DNA of 64,000 nt from Daphnia carinata (lineage: Eukaryota): NCBI RefSeq assembly GCF_022539665.2, contig NC_081331.1, positions 4,712,001 through 4,776,000 on the forward strand, in the 5' to 3' direction. The position numbers and the translations under genes were made by a program. Numbering within the stretch: position 1 is the stretch's first letter; each line of letters starts with the position of its first letter. Shown here in pieces: positions 15,401 to 33,600 of this stretch. The notes beneath the pieces were generated by a model. That model did not search any database. It was not told the DNA's origin and worked only from the letters and a program-made list of their open reading frames with translations.

Positions 15401-18400
15401 TAAAAAATGTTTGATGTGTCATCCCCCCCCCCCCCCCCCCCCCGATTCAACTTTGTTTCAATTCCGCCAATGGCATCGTTTGATTATTAGGTGGGATAGT
15501 TGCTCTACAAGTTCATCCGTTTGAAAAGGGGTCCCGTGAGTGAACGGGAATATTTTCCTTTTTGGAGGGGAGTGTAAGGCGATAACGTCAGAGAAGTTTC
15601 AAATGTGTCGCGTTAAAGGTGAACAAAAAAAAAAAACAAACAAACCAAATTATTTTTTTTTTTTGGTATTTGGTCGGAAAAGGTTGATAGTCATTTGATG
15701 CGCAATTCAGACGCAATTTGTTTACTATTGTTGGCAACAACTCGGGACACCATTTTTCCTTTTTCGATCGGTGAAAGTTAAGCAAAAAAAAACTAGGCCG
15801 TCATGTTCATTAAGGGAAAATGGACAAGTCATAAAAAATGATGCCAGTCAGCAAAAAAAAAAAAAACGAGAGATTACCATTTGATGTTTTTTACGGGTAG
15901 GCCATTTTTAGGATTCAGCGCGTTGCGCTGCTCCTCATCAGTGCATTGTCATATCGATCATTGGGCGCAATCGAATCGAACCGTCATCAACAATCAAGGA
16001 GAAAAGACGGGCGTTCTACGTAATTAGGGCTTTTGAAAATCAAATAAAAAAAAAATCTTCTCTACTTCGTTCAAGAAAAGAATTTTTTTTTTTTTTTTTT
16101 CAACATTTTCGGTCGGCAAAAGTTAAACTTTTTTTTCAGATGGTAGGAGACGCGCTAACGAACACCAATTCTCTTTCTGCCTTCTTTTTTTTTTTTATGT
16201 GTGTGTGTGACTTTTCTTGCAAACCTTGTGTTAGTACTAGACGACTGATAATGCCCGCCTTCATTAGAGAACCATTTCTCTCACTCGGCCATCGTTCTTC
16301 TTCTCCCCCCCCCCCCCCCCTCGTTACGAGCCGACACCCGAACCTTTTTATTTTTGGCTTCGTCCTTTTAAACTCTGAAATCAAACAAACGAATTGACAA
16401 ACCTGACGGCATTTTTCGTGATTCGAATAACGATGTCGATGATTGGCTTTGGCGGATGAAGGAATGTATTGTATTAAACAGGCAAAACGATAGGACAGGT
16501 GAATTAGGCAAATCAAATTAAAAGGATAGGGATCGCTTTGCTCTTTAACATGTTGACAAGCGGATAAATAGAAAAATGAATTTTATTTTATTTTATTTTT
16601 TTTTTAATTAGAAAATGTTTGACTTGAAACATGGTGATTTAATTAGACGACAATTAGGCAAACTGAAACGCGACGTCTCCTCCCCCCCCCCGTCCTTTTA
16701 AGTCTGGCAGTTTTTGAAATATCAAAGTTGAATTCGACCCGAGTCAAAGCGAAATGTTTAATCTATTATAATAATTATATAGATAGCCAAACACAGACTG
16801 AGAGTTTTTAGATGTGAAGTCTGTGTAAGCGAGTGTTCTCTCTACCTCCTGCCCTCACTCACTCACTCTCGCGCTAATTAGCTCATTAAGTCGCTCGGCT
16901 TGTTGTTTGCAGCAGCTAGACGAGGATGGGGAGGCAGAAAAACACAGCAGGAGAAGCTCGGGCAGTGTTAGATGAACTTCCTACTGCTGCTGCTGCTGCT
17001 GTTGCTGCGTTTTTGCCAATTAAAAGGATCACACAAATAAAATGAAAAAAAAAAAAAAAGAAGAAACAAACTTAAATTTATTTTTTTTTTCCTCATTTCC
17101 TTAAATGAGGGAGTTGGGATAGACGGATGATGTCACGGGGACGGACATGGGAAATTGGAGACTAGGAGAAAAGAGATGAAAGACGAGCCCAGGGGCCACA
17201 TTGAACGGATTTTCCTGTTCATTATAATTTACTCGCCGACGCACATCATCCAAGTAACTAACTAACTAAGTAGAATAAATATCCTCTCTCGTTCTCTATC
17301 TATTCGTGAAAGGGATACCAAAGTTCTCTCTCTCTCTCTCTCTCTCTAATGAACCCCCTCTCTCTCTCTCTCTCTTCGTTCAAAAGAAGAAGAAGAAAAA
17401 AAAAAAGCCTTTTGTTGAGCAGAGATGCCCTTGTAAGCTTCATTTGCTTGATTGCCAATTTTCCATCTTTATTTTTGTTCCTCCCCGTTTTATATTTATT
17501 ATTCGATCGTTTGGAGAAGAGAGATCACAACACAAAACAAACAAATGGAATGGAGAACAGACAGGCTATTGATGCGACATTGAAATAGATTTCGATTCTA
17601 GTTGAGTCATTCAAAGCGGCCATGTTTATTAGAAACCCAACAGGTTTGTTACTTTTTTCGGATAAGACCTTCATTTTTTTTAATAATGACAGACGATCAT
17701 TTTGTGTGTAGCTAGTTTGGACTACTACTCACCAAGCATTTGATTTCGATGCGTGCAATTATCGAGAATGAATCTGCGTTATTTTATTTTTTTTTTTCCT
17801 ACTCCCTTCATCGTTTCGTTCCCTACACTCTGAAAACAAATTCCAAAACACATTCTTGTAGGGGTGGAGGGGAGAGATTGCTGATTAACATAACGAGTCA
17901 GTCACAAATAGGGAGACGCGAGCGACCTCAAACGGGGGGAGTTTGAAAGTCTTTTTTTTTTTTTTAAATATTTTCTATAGCCATTAGGTGTGTCTTTTTT
18001 TTTTTTTAAATATTATTTTAAAAAGACATTTTTATAATTGGGGCACCCGTCCACCTTTTTTTTTTTTTTTTATCTCTTTCGAATCTTGTCAGCTTGACAA
18101 TCTTTCGCCTCATTATGCGCGATATTCCGGTTCGTTACTTTTTCCCTCTTTGCGAGGGAACAAGAGGATTTTTTTTTTTTCTTGTGTGTGTTAACGTTCA
18201 CTTGTTCCTTCAACATGGGACTGGGTTGACGTTTCGTAGAAATAGAAGAGACAATTGTCGATATAATTTGATTCGTTATTTAAAAGGGGAAGAAAACGAA
18301 TGACGTCATAGCTTTTTTTTTTTTTTTAACATGATTATTAAAACGCCTATTATTTTTTTCTTGTTTTAAACAGATAAAAGAAGTAGAAAGAAAAAAAAAA

Positions 18401-18438
18401 TTGTTTTTGGATCATCTTGATTGAATTCAAAGAAGAAG

Positions 18439-22199
<3,761 letters not shown>

Positions 22200-22203
22200 T
22201 TAT

Positions 22204-22237
<34 letters not shown>

Positions 22238-25200
22238 TTTTAAATAATTCTCCCGTTTAAAAAAAAAAAAAACAACAATTTTTTTTCGTTATTTACTTAA
22301 TTTATGATGTAATGAACGAAAAACAAAATGGCGGGTTTTTTTGAATAGTGTATGTTAACAAATTTAACAATGAATAATTTTTTTAAACAGTAACAAATCG
22401 TTTACACAAAGCGAAAAGAAGATGAAAAAAAAAAACAATAGACCTTTGTATGTGCGTGTGTGTGTGTGTTTGTATAAAAAGGGTCGATCTGAATTGTTTA
22501 AAAAACAATTGAAAGTGAAACAAACAAAAAAAAAATGGAAGAGTTAACGATGCTAATAATGAATTATTACGATGATGACACGTGTTTGTATTTTGCCTCC
22601 CTCCCCCAGTTGAATTGAAATTTTCTCGTTTTTTTTTTTTTTTTGCTCGCTCGCGTGTGTTTCTACACACATTCTATACACCTTTTTTTTTTTTTAAATT
22701 TAATTCGTTAGATAACAGAACAAAAACAATAATATTGCAAACAACATATTGGGAGATCTCTCGCGCTCCAAACCCGATCGCGTCTTGTACAGTCCCTTTA
22801 TAACCTCCCTACTTTCACCCGGCCCCTTGTCTCCCTTTCTTTTGTTTTATTTTTTTTTCTATTACCTATCCATTTTTTTTTCGTCTGTCACCTGTTTCCG
22901 GTTTTAAACAAAGCCGGAAACACAAGAACAAAAAAAAAAAAAAAAGATATCACACACTGACTTTGTTTTTGTTTTTTGTTTTTTTCTGTTCAAAAAATCT
23001 CGCAAATCTTTGAGAAAAACAAACTCAACTGTCCCTCACATTTTCTCAATTTCTTTCTTTTTTTTTTGTGAAAATATTATTATTATTAGCCCGTTCTGTT
23101 ACGCGCGTGAAAGAGTGTCATTTTTTTTTTTATTTCTGATAAAATTCGTTTGAAAATTGCCTCTGGCTCCTCCCATTTTAGTTTGTTGTTTTTTTTTTAT
23201 TATGTCACCGTTTTTTTTTTTAACTTGTGCAAAAATTAAAACCCCGATTGGGTTTGGCAAAAAAAAAAAAAAATTTAAAGATTTTGAGAGAAAATGATCG
23301 CGCATTTGATCCCATCCCCCATTTTTTTTTTCTCGCTCACACGATTGTACCATTCCCTCCCAACTCATCCCATCTGCCCTCCTCCCTCAAGCGCACTCCC
23401 TCCTCCATTTGATCAATAAAAAGAAGACAAAAAAAAAAAATGAAATTTCAATTTTTCGACAAATTGTTTCCTTTTTTGTTTTTAAATGAATTTTTAGTTG
23501 TTTAAGTCAACAAAACCAATTCATTTGATTTGCTAATATCATCAAATTAGCAAGTAGTAAGCTTATAGGGGAAATGCGTGTATTGATTTAATTACCTTTC
23601 TACTAGTGTCAATGGCGTTCACTCTACCCTCCCCCACTATCCGAAATTGAACAGAGTTTTCTACATCAACTCGGGAGTAGTTTTTTTTTTTTTTTTTTTT
23701 TATTCGGTAAAGAATGATGATGGCGTGGTTGTATTATTAGCGCAAACAGTCAAAGTAGATGGCCCGGCGCCATCATATCATCATATAATGGCTCAGTCAA
23801 ATAGCAAAAAGGATCCAGTTAGCTTTCGGATGAAATAGGAGAGAAGAAAAGTGATTGGACGGTTAAAAAGAGTGAGCCAAAAAAAAAAAAAAAAAAAAAA
23901 AAAATTGGGAGGGTGGGGGATAGAGCTATGTACAGACGGAACACACGGAAGGGGTGGCGTTGGGAGGAAGCTTTTATTTGATTATTAATCAAATCAAAAA
24001 GCAGTCGGCAATCAAGTCCGAGTGGTTTGGCCCACTCTGCTCGATATCCAATAAGATAGAAACACAAGTCACACGGACGAAATAAAATAATCTCATCATC
24101 GCTATTAGTTTTAATGGAACAAACTGAAAATGAGATGGATTTCTATTAGCCAATTAATGGATTGCCATTGTTTAAAAAAAAAAAAAAAGGGAGTTCAATT
24201 TGATTTTATTCATAATATATGTGTACGAGTCTCGTTTTTGTCTTTATTGGCCCTGCCTCAATGGTGCAAGTTCTGGCCCAGCAACACATAAAACTAATCA
24301 TGGAATGGCCTTCAGTACCAGCTGGAAAGGTCCGTCTGTTTTTGTTTTTTTTTCGGAAGGGGAGTTAGGAGATAAATGGAGTAAAAATAAAAATTGAATA
24401 ATGATTTCCTCTGAGACTTGCATTTGTAACATCTAGTAAAAAAAATACGTATAGGTTACGTGCAATACATCAAAAAATAACGCAAGTTATACAATCGTTC
24501 CAGTTTTTTTTTTTTTTTTCTCCATGCGTGTTGACTCGCCCAACAAATTGGGCTGATGGATTAGTATTGACCTCTCCTTTCCTGCATTAATTGCGGAATA
24601 AAAAAAAAACGGACGTTGTTTTCATGGCCTTTTGTTTCAGACGGTGAAGTTAGATTTTACGTTAAATGAGTTTGAATACATTTCGAGTTGCGGAAGAAAA
24701 ACATTGCCAATTTCCAAATGGCGTTCAGGTTTTTTTTTTTTTTTTTTTCTAAAATAGGTCGGGCCTTCTTTGTATGAAATTGGGCCTCTGCGTTGACGAG
24801 AAGAGTTGGAGACAACTCTGCTCATCTCTCAGAAGAGCAAACCCTTGGGCCAGCCCTTCCACTTACCCATTTGCCTCTCTCTCTCTCTCTCTCTCTACTT
24901 AATACAGATAATTGATGAGAAGAGATGCACTCGAGAGAGAAGACAAAGAGAGAAAAGAGACGGACTTTACATTGAGAGACGGACCGGGCCAGTAGGGAGA
25001 ACACACACACACAAGCGCCAACTGCTTTAGCTCCCGAGGCCGGGAGTGTACCTCCTCCCCTTTATCCTCCCGATGCCCGCCAGCTCAATGTGGAGGGTGG
25101 GGGGGGACCAGCTGATGGGAGTGGATGGGGAGGGATGCACTCTTCCACTTTCAACATTTATTCACATCCACTTTGCCGAGTGAGAGGAAACCGGATCTTC

Positions 25201-26077
25201 ACTATATCCGACTCTATACCCTCCCCCCTAAAAAAAAAGGAAACTAGACGTCGTTTTTTACTTTTTTTTTTTTTTTTTTTTAAATCCACACTCATCTCGA
25301 CAATGGATGATCCGGAATAGCTATGTCAAAAATTCATTTGGTTTTTTTTTTTTTGGTTATTCAATTATTAATATCGTGAAAATGGGGCGCGACATTGTTT
25401 TTAAATTGAATTAGAAAATTCGATTGGGCGGTTTATAAGATTCACGCTCAACGCTAATGAGGCACTAGTTATACAGACTAGCGTGAAGCACAGAGATGAG
25501 CAAGCCTTTGGTAGAGGACGTCCGTTTTCCTTCAAAAAAAAAAAAAAAAAAAGAAACTCGTTTCTGTCAATGCGAACGTAGAGACGCACAGGACCACGAC
25601 AATAAGAAACAAACACAGGACTTTGCGTCATTAATGAATAATGACAAGACACACGCGGGAATGAAGGACCGCTAGCCACTTCACGGTGACATCGTCTAGA
25701 CTCTTGTGCCAAATTTCATTCCTTCCCTTTTCTTTTTTTTTTTTGTTTGACGTGCACACACACGAGTTTGCTCCCTTTTGGCAGGCGAGATCACAGCCAG
25801 AATAAGTTTTAAAAATAATTGCGCGAAATGGATGTTTTCTCATTGATTTAAACCCCCAAACTATTTTATCACTTGGACAAGTTCACTCCTTTGTTTAAAG
25901 GAAAACGAAATATGTAAAGTCTTCTAATTAAAAGGACAGTTTTTTGGAATCGAAAAGAAGAAGTGACTGAATGCTTGTGAACGACAGGTTTATCGTCTGC
26001 GATATTTTTGCCGTCGAAAGAAAAAAGTAAAAGGAATGGAATGTTCTTGTTTCTTTTTTTTACATGCCATGGACATT

Positions 26078-26113
<36 letters not shown>

Positions 26114-29100
26114 TTCTGTGCTTTAAATAAAAAATATTCTTTCCTATTTATTTTTGTACCGAGGGATGTTTTAATTGGATGCCGGGGGAGTTGGTTTTCG
26201 TCCCTGTTCTACTTGGGCAAACGGAAATAAAAAGAAAAAAAAAAAAGGTAGATGTTTAAAGATCTATAGCCGCCTGTTGTATACACGCACGTTTTCAAAT
26301 GATTGGCCGAAAATTACGTGTCCCCCCCCCCCCGCTCTTTCCTTCTCTGTTTATACATCTAAAAGGTATGCGTCGTAAAGGAATGCGATTGAATTGCGCT
26401 GATGTCGGTAATAGCTGCCATCCGTTTGATATGCGCTATTCGCTTTAACCGACAGACGGAAGGGAGACACGACCAATCTAACTTAATGAAGGCCATCTCA
26501 CGCTGCGAGTTGGGATAAATTACACAACTGTCCAGCAAAATAAGTTCCTTTGACCTTTATATATGCTGTCCAATGAAATTCCTCATTAAAACGACAGTAC
26601 ACGGTCGTCATCACGCGAGACAAACACGACAGCTGAACAATTCGCTCTCTCCCCCCCCCCCCGCCTCCCCCAATGTTTGACAAACGTAATTATCAATTTT
26701 CACGCGGCACTTCCTGTCCCCCATCCGGATGTCCGACATTTGACGGAATGTTCTAATATCGCGGAAATTGCTTTCCGTTTCCCAATTGCATTTGCAAAAA
26801 AAAAAAAAAAAAGAAAAACACACGTGGATGGTTCATAATAATAATTTTAAAAAAAGGGTTTGTTTGCGTAAGACATTTATTTTTTTTTTTTTTTTAAAAG
26901 GACATCGATATGGGAAATGATTGGCGGAGTTGATCCAGTTGATGGAAAAGCTGATGCGGCGATGATGGCCCAAGTAAAAAAGAGAAGAGGAAAAAAAAAA
27001 AGAACGACTCTATCTAAAAACGTACTTCCGTGGGAAAAGAAATGCGGGTCGGATGGATCGTCGGATGAGGGTGTACTATACCGCACTATCTACAAGGCTT
27101 TATAGCGGGAGGGGTCTCCCATTCTGTCGTATATACACTCACACGATAAGCTAATTGAATTGGCAATAGGATATGGCCAGGAAAGTGCTTGCTACTGCTA
27201 CTTTAGCTATCAAAAAGAGATAGAAATGTGTATACAGTAGTGACGTCTGGCGACTGGATTTCCTTGTTTTTCTTTTTTTCTCCACACTCGTCGAACTTGT
27301 AGTAACAGCCCTTTATTTACTTTCTTTTCTATTTGTGCGTGCACACACACACACACACACACACACGTCGATTACTCAGAAATAGAGTTCAAAAACTAAA
27401 AAATAAGTTTCACTGATTTCGTACTCTTCTCTCGTGTGAATCAAGATGCAGGACTCGACGAAGAGGGTGTGGCAAGTGTCGCTTAGCAAATTAAATGTGT
27501 TTTTGTTTGATAGGTGTAACAAAAAAAGAGCCCCATTGCGAAAAACATAGGGTCCAATCGATACAGTCAAAAGAAAGCTCTGATTATTTGATATAATAAT
27601 TGGCTAATAAATCATTGTTTCACGTGATTTCTGGCTATCGATCATCTTGTTTTTTTTTTTCATTTGTCCAAGAGCATCGTCACCTCCTATGTTTTGTTGT
27701 TATCTTATAGTCGATACTATTATTTGTATTTATAGTACTATTGTGCTGTAAATACAAATATAAAAAAAAAGGGCCTTCCGCTGATGGATAGTGTAAGGAG
27801 GGTGTGCAAAGGAAGGGCCCGTTTGTTGTTGCTGTCGGACAACAAACATGTCCAACTCTCAATGTATCGTCCATCACCATTTGCGTCGCCGGGGTTAAAA
27901 AAGAAACTTGGCCAACCTCCGCTTTTTTTTTTCTCTTTTGTGTGTGTGTGTGTCTCTTAGTTAGATACACATAAGGAGGGCGAGAGAGAGAGAGAGAGAG
28001 AAAAGAAAATGGAGAGATTGAAGAGTCTCTTGTTTCCTCAACGATGGGTCATCCATTTAAAAGAAGACGATTGGCTTACTGCTGATGTCCTCTCTTTTCT
28101 TCACATCAGCGACACTGTATAAACGAATTAGTCGGCAATCTTCACCCCTCGTTACAATGACAGATGAGCATCATCGTGTTGTGCAAAGCTGTCACAACTC
28201 GCACGTTTGAATATAGCGCGGCAAATGTTTGTTTCCTTTTTTTTTAATGCAATTCAATGCAAGTAAGTTTCTATATATACAGTATATATATATATGCATC
28301 ATATTCGATCCAAACCAATCGATTGCTTTTCTGAATTTCTTTTTTTTTTTTTTTGTTTTTTGTGAAAAATATTATTATTTGAAAGAAAACGCAGTGATGT
28401 ACAGTACGCGAGCGGGCGACATGAAAATTCAATCCAATTCCATCTCTTTCTCGTCTTTTTTTTTTCTTTCTCGGCAGAGTGTCTCTCTATCTTTTTCCTT
28501 GCTAGTCGTGTTTGTCGGATAAAGTGCCACTACCACTAGCTGGCCCGGAGAAAGAAAAAAAAAAAAAAAAAGGGAAAGTGCATGTGTGTTGAAAGATGAT
28601 AGAAAAAGAAGAAGAAGAAGAGAGAGAGAGAGTTGCATCATATCAATTCAATACTCAAGTGCCTCGTGGATAGTCGATTGAATGCGCCCACTCCCCCCTC
28701 TTTCTCCCCCCAGTCTGCACTGACTGTCCCCACACGCAGACGGACGGGCCTTTTTTTTTTGCAATTGAATTCCTCTCGCCTTCCTTTTTTTTTTTTCCTA
28801 TTATGAACGACGAAAATTGGTGGCCTCTGGGCATGAACAGAGAAAATAATCATATGAAAAATAATAAAAGAGCATCGAACCTCTTTTGCGTCCGATTAAA
28901 AAAAGAAAACCATTGTAAATTGTTAGATCTATAAATATAGGATGCGGGAAAGGAAAAGCCTATACGATCCATCACGAGTGCGTGTCACGATTCCCATTTT
29001 TGATCATTCGCTATTTTCTTTTTTTTTTTTTTTCGCCATGTTCGAAAATGAACATTTAACTGGTGATGACATCAGCAGACTAAATAAGTCCATGCGCTGT

Positions 29101-30644
29101 TAACCGCATCAAAAACGAACCCGGAGTGAAAACCTGTTGGCCAATGTATGCAAATGAATAAGGACATTTTTAATCATTTCACTATAAAATTGTTAGACGA
29201 CGCCCTCACGTTGACAAGGACAACATCCAATTTTATTATTTTTTATTTTTTGGAAACACCAAATTCATACCGGTTGTTGCTAGTTGCCGCCTAAGCGCTT
29301 CCGTCGCCGGGGTAGGAGCAGTCAAAACTCGCGAGGGTAGTAGCCAACGTCCTGGGAAACATCTCGGGGAGGTCAATCCCGAGACGAACTCTAAGAAAGA
29401 AAGAAAGAAAAAGGAAGAAGAAGATATAAGAGAAAAGAGAGCGGTAGCCATAAGGGTGCCATTATGATCTACTTCGGCTGATTGGAACCTACTCCCTCTT
29501 GCTCCTTTACCCAGCCTCCAGTCCGCCAACAAAACTTGCACACGCAACTTGTTTAATGCATTTCAAGATGCAGGTCTATTTTTTTTTTCTTCTTCTTCTT
29601 TTGGCGCCCATAGCAACTCTTCCAGTTCGATTACCTAGAGTGTGTGTGTGTACATGTCTTTTGTAGATCTCGCAGATGGAATAGACCTAGTTTTTAAAGT
29701 ATGGGTTTCGGCAACCGTCGAGTGTCTAGCGAATTTTCAATTATGTAAAGGACCTTTTACGACTCTTTAGCGCTCATGTACGCGTCTGTGTGTGTGTGAC
29801 CTTTTATTATTGAAAAAAAAAGACATCCGACATTCCATAGCGGATTGTTTTCACTTGTGATGGCGCTTTATGTTGCGGAAACGGAATCAAAGCAAAGAGC
29901 AAAGTGGATGTCCAATTTCTTCCAAGTGGCAGGGTTTCTTGTAAGTAAAAAGTCTGCTGCTGTAGATACACACATCTTCATTCCGCCAAGAGGCCTTTGC
30001 TACACGTACCCTCTTCAACCGTCACCATCTCATTTTCTAAATTGGCCTTTTTTTTTCTCTCTCTCTCTCTCTCTCTCTTATCTATTTGAGATAGATATAG
30101 ACCTCTCTACATGCATCTGTCCTTTTTATTATTTTTGTTTTCCCCTCTTCTTGAACAACAATCAAATTGAGACTTGTCTAATCGCTTGCCGACTTCCCGT
30201 TTCCAATCTCTTTTATCTATGTTTTCTTCCACGCATACCGCGCCAAATTTAAAAGCCTGTAATGTACATATACTCTAACAAATGAACAAGTTGCTACAGT
30301 ATGCCGCGGATACGATGTACTACCGTAACAGCATAGCGCCGTCTCTCTTGTTTTATTGTCTTTTTGAAAATGGGAAAAAAACAAAACAATAAAGGTTACG
30401 ATTTTTTTTTTGGGTTTGTTTAAATGGTTCTCTTAGCTGCACATACGTGAAAAAAAACGAGATATACTTTGAAAACGACGACGGCGTTGTCTACTACCCG
30501 CTTTTTCTCATCATTCTGCTAGAACTATGTACGTCGCATCCATCCGTGTATATAAGCTCTTTTTTATCCGAAGGCCGATGGTTATTTTTAAACCGATGGA
30601 CCGGACGACTAGCTGATGTGGCCGCGGGGTGCCCTGATGGTCCG

Positions 30645-30681
<37 letters not shown>

Positions 30682-33600
30682 CTGTTTGGCAGTAGCATCC
30701 ATCGTCCTATAAGGACAAACAACTCTTAAATGGAGAACACTGAAAAACAAGAAAATGCTATTCTGAGTAAACCGAACTGGCCAAGAAATGCGCATTTCAA
30801 AAAAGAAGTAGCGCCGCTCTTTTCAAATGTATATCTATAAATATAGATAGATTAGACGTGAGTGTAAAACTGTCCTCGTCCACTATTTAGGACTGACATT
30901 ATTTACTATTTATTAGTATACTATTCTGCTGTATTTCCTGATCAGTGAACTTTTTCTGGCCCTCCATTGTCCCAACTTTTGAGTCAATCAATATGAATAG
31001 GTGTAATGCAGATCTTAATGGATTTATAGCCTAAATAGTTTACGTCTAGCAGTTCAAAGCAAAAAATGAAAAATAATGCCTTCGTTTAACGTCTACTAGC
31101 GTGAAATAACGTGATCGTCGAAAAGCCAAGAAATCCCGCATTGGACAATCATCAACCCATCATCTCCACTGGGGGAGGGGGGGGGGTAGCCCGTTGTTGT
31201 CGTCGACTGATGACAGTGCGCAATGACATGAAAACGGATTACACACATGCTAGTCGGATAGGGGGTGGTGGTAGGAAGGAGAAAAAAAAAAGGGAAAGAG
31301 ATTCCCCGCGCGTGATTGAGCGGACAAGTGTGGCGGAACAAGCTTCAGCTCTAGCGGCACGATACAATAAGAGAGGCAAAGGCGGAAACAATACATTTAT
31401 AAAAGACCCATATGTAGTGTCGCTAAATGGATTTTCTTGTCGGCAGATTATGCCGCAGATTAGTTGATTGCTGACCACAGTTGTAATCAGTTGTACTCAT
31501 TTAATTGATTACTACCCAATTCTCTGTTTGAAATCAAAGCAACAAAAAAGACTCGGATGCAATTACTCAACATCGGGGTAGGGTGAACCATTTTCGCTGG
31601 ACGGCGAAATGAAACGTTAGATTACATCGAACAGCGCGCATGCGCCCGAAAAAAAAAGAGATTTCTATGATTGAAGTGAATTGTTTTTTCTATCAAGGTG
31701 GCTGTCCCTTCTTCTTTTTTTATGATTCTATTGGAGAGTTAGGGGACGACGACCGGATTGCTTGGCTCACACACACACACACACACACGTTATATAGCAT
31801 TTCGTCGACGCGTTGTTGTCGAATGGCTCTCTTGATAGATCAACCTTCATGTTACGCCATTTCCTCATCCCTGCTCCTTATTCTTTCCCCCCTCTTTCCA
31901 TCCTCGCCGATCTACCGCACATCCCCCACCCGACCGATGCCACACGCACCGCACTATAGGGAAGCGGCCTCTGTGTGTGTGTATCGACTTGATTGCATCT
32001 CTTTTGAATTGAGCTCATCCTCCTCGCTTGCTCGCCATCGTACCTCCCTCTTTATCCCGCAACCCCTCACGCTACAACTCTTCCACAAAGGAGCAATAAA
32101 CTCCTCAAATATCCTCTCCCTCTGCTACCGCTGCTGCTGTTGCGATTTCTGTATTGCTATACGTCGTCTTATGGAACACAATTCCCCCCCCATCACTCGA
32201 CCTACTCATCCCTGGCCGGACAAATAATGCGCTGCCCCATCTCCCGAAACGACGATGGGTGACGCGCTAGACCGACATTTTAATTTTCTCAAATTTCAAT
32301 CAACAGACAAGTCAGGTTTTGACTTTAAAGGATTTTCAATTTCAAGCCAATCATTTTTTTTTCTCGTTTTTTTTTTATTTCGAGAAACGAAAAAGAGCGC
32401 GCGACGGAAATACGAAAATGTAATTTTCAAACTTCTTTGATGAAATGACACACGGCCATTATGACGGGGAAATGGGATTCTTTGTATAGACACAATATCT
32501 ATTGGATAACAATAAAAAAAGGGGGGGGGGGCAGGGAGGATTTGCACACAGCCGTGTGTTACAACTTTGGGGTTATGTCTGCTTGCGAGCTCGATCGATC
32601 ACCACATACACGGAGGTCTCTTGTACGTATACAGTTTGCCGTGATGTGTGTAACCACACCAAGCAGCTGCTATGAAAAAGAAAGCAAAGAAAAGAATCCA
32701 CTTGCTCGTATATGTATGTCTGTCCCGATTTAATATACAAGAGGAGGATCGCTATATAATCAACTATTAATCACACCAACCCACCCTCCCCCCTCCCGTT
32801 CCTAGTTGAAAAGGTATACTTTTTTAAGTGCCAGGGTGGGTTTCTCTTTCCAAAAAACTGGAGGGTTCCTTTATAGGAAGAGAGGGGAGTATGTATATGA
32901 ACGATATGTGGCATCCAGGAAAAGGAAGCCGTTGGTAGATGCATAATGGATCCAGCGAAGAAGACAACCCACGAGCAATATAAGGAAGAAAAAAAAAACT
33001 CTACTCACAATTTGCCATTTGAGTGTTTTTTCCCTTCTCATTTTATTTATTATTAATTCTGCCCCGTTCTCCCTTTTTTTTTCCTTTCCTTGGCATGCAA
33101 AACGTTTTAGAGAGCAAAGCCTTGGCCAAAAAACGTGAGCGAAAAAAAAAAAAAAAAAAGATAAATCTGGCGGGTCGATTCGATCACGTGCATTTTGAGT
33201 TTCTTTTACCAGCGTAGCTCAAAGTTATCCCTCACATGCGTGTGTGTACATAGAAGCAGAAAGGAAAGCTATATAGCAAAAGGATCATCATCATCGGCGA
33301 TAGATTTACCATCCAACAACCAAGGGCCCCCCCCCCGTCCCCATGCCATCTAGACAACCTTACTCCGCCTTCCATTCCACCATCGAATGATGATTGGAAA
33401 ATCCCTACGTCGTCGACCGGGATATCATTAGCTTCCCGCTGCTTGCTACTGCAATCATTTCGAGTTGGCCCACAAAATGTTTTACACACACACACACACA
33501 CACTGCTACTGGTACTCTCTCTCTCTCTCTCTGGGCAGATTGGATTTTTAATTAGGGACGCGCCGCAGAGTGACATGTGCGCGCTGACATCTCTCGTCTA

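Noticed and set aside
1366..17946. Numerous 60-160 aa ORFs with poly-F/poly-K, and possible upstream LMO4 promoters or UTR exons (~6890, ~8170)
   Set aside because: The ORFs derive from homopolymer runs and show no domain or splice support. TSS positions cannot be fixed from sequence alone.
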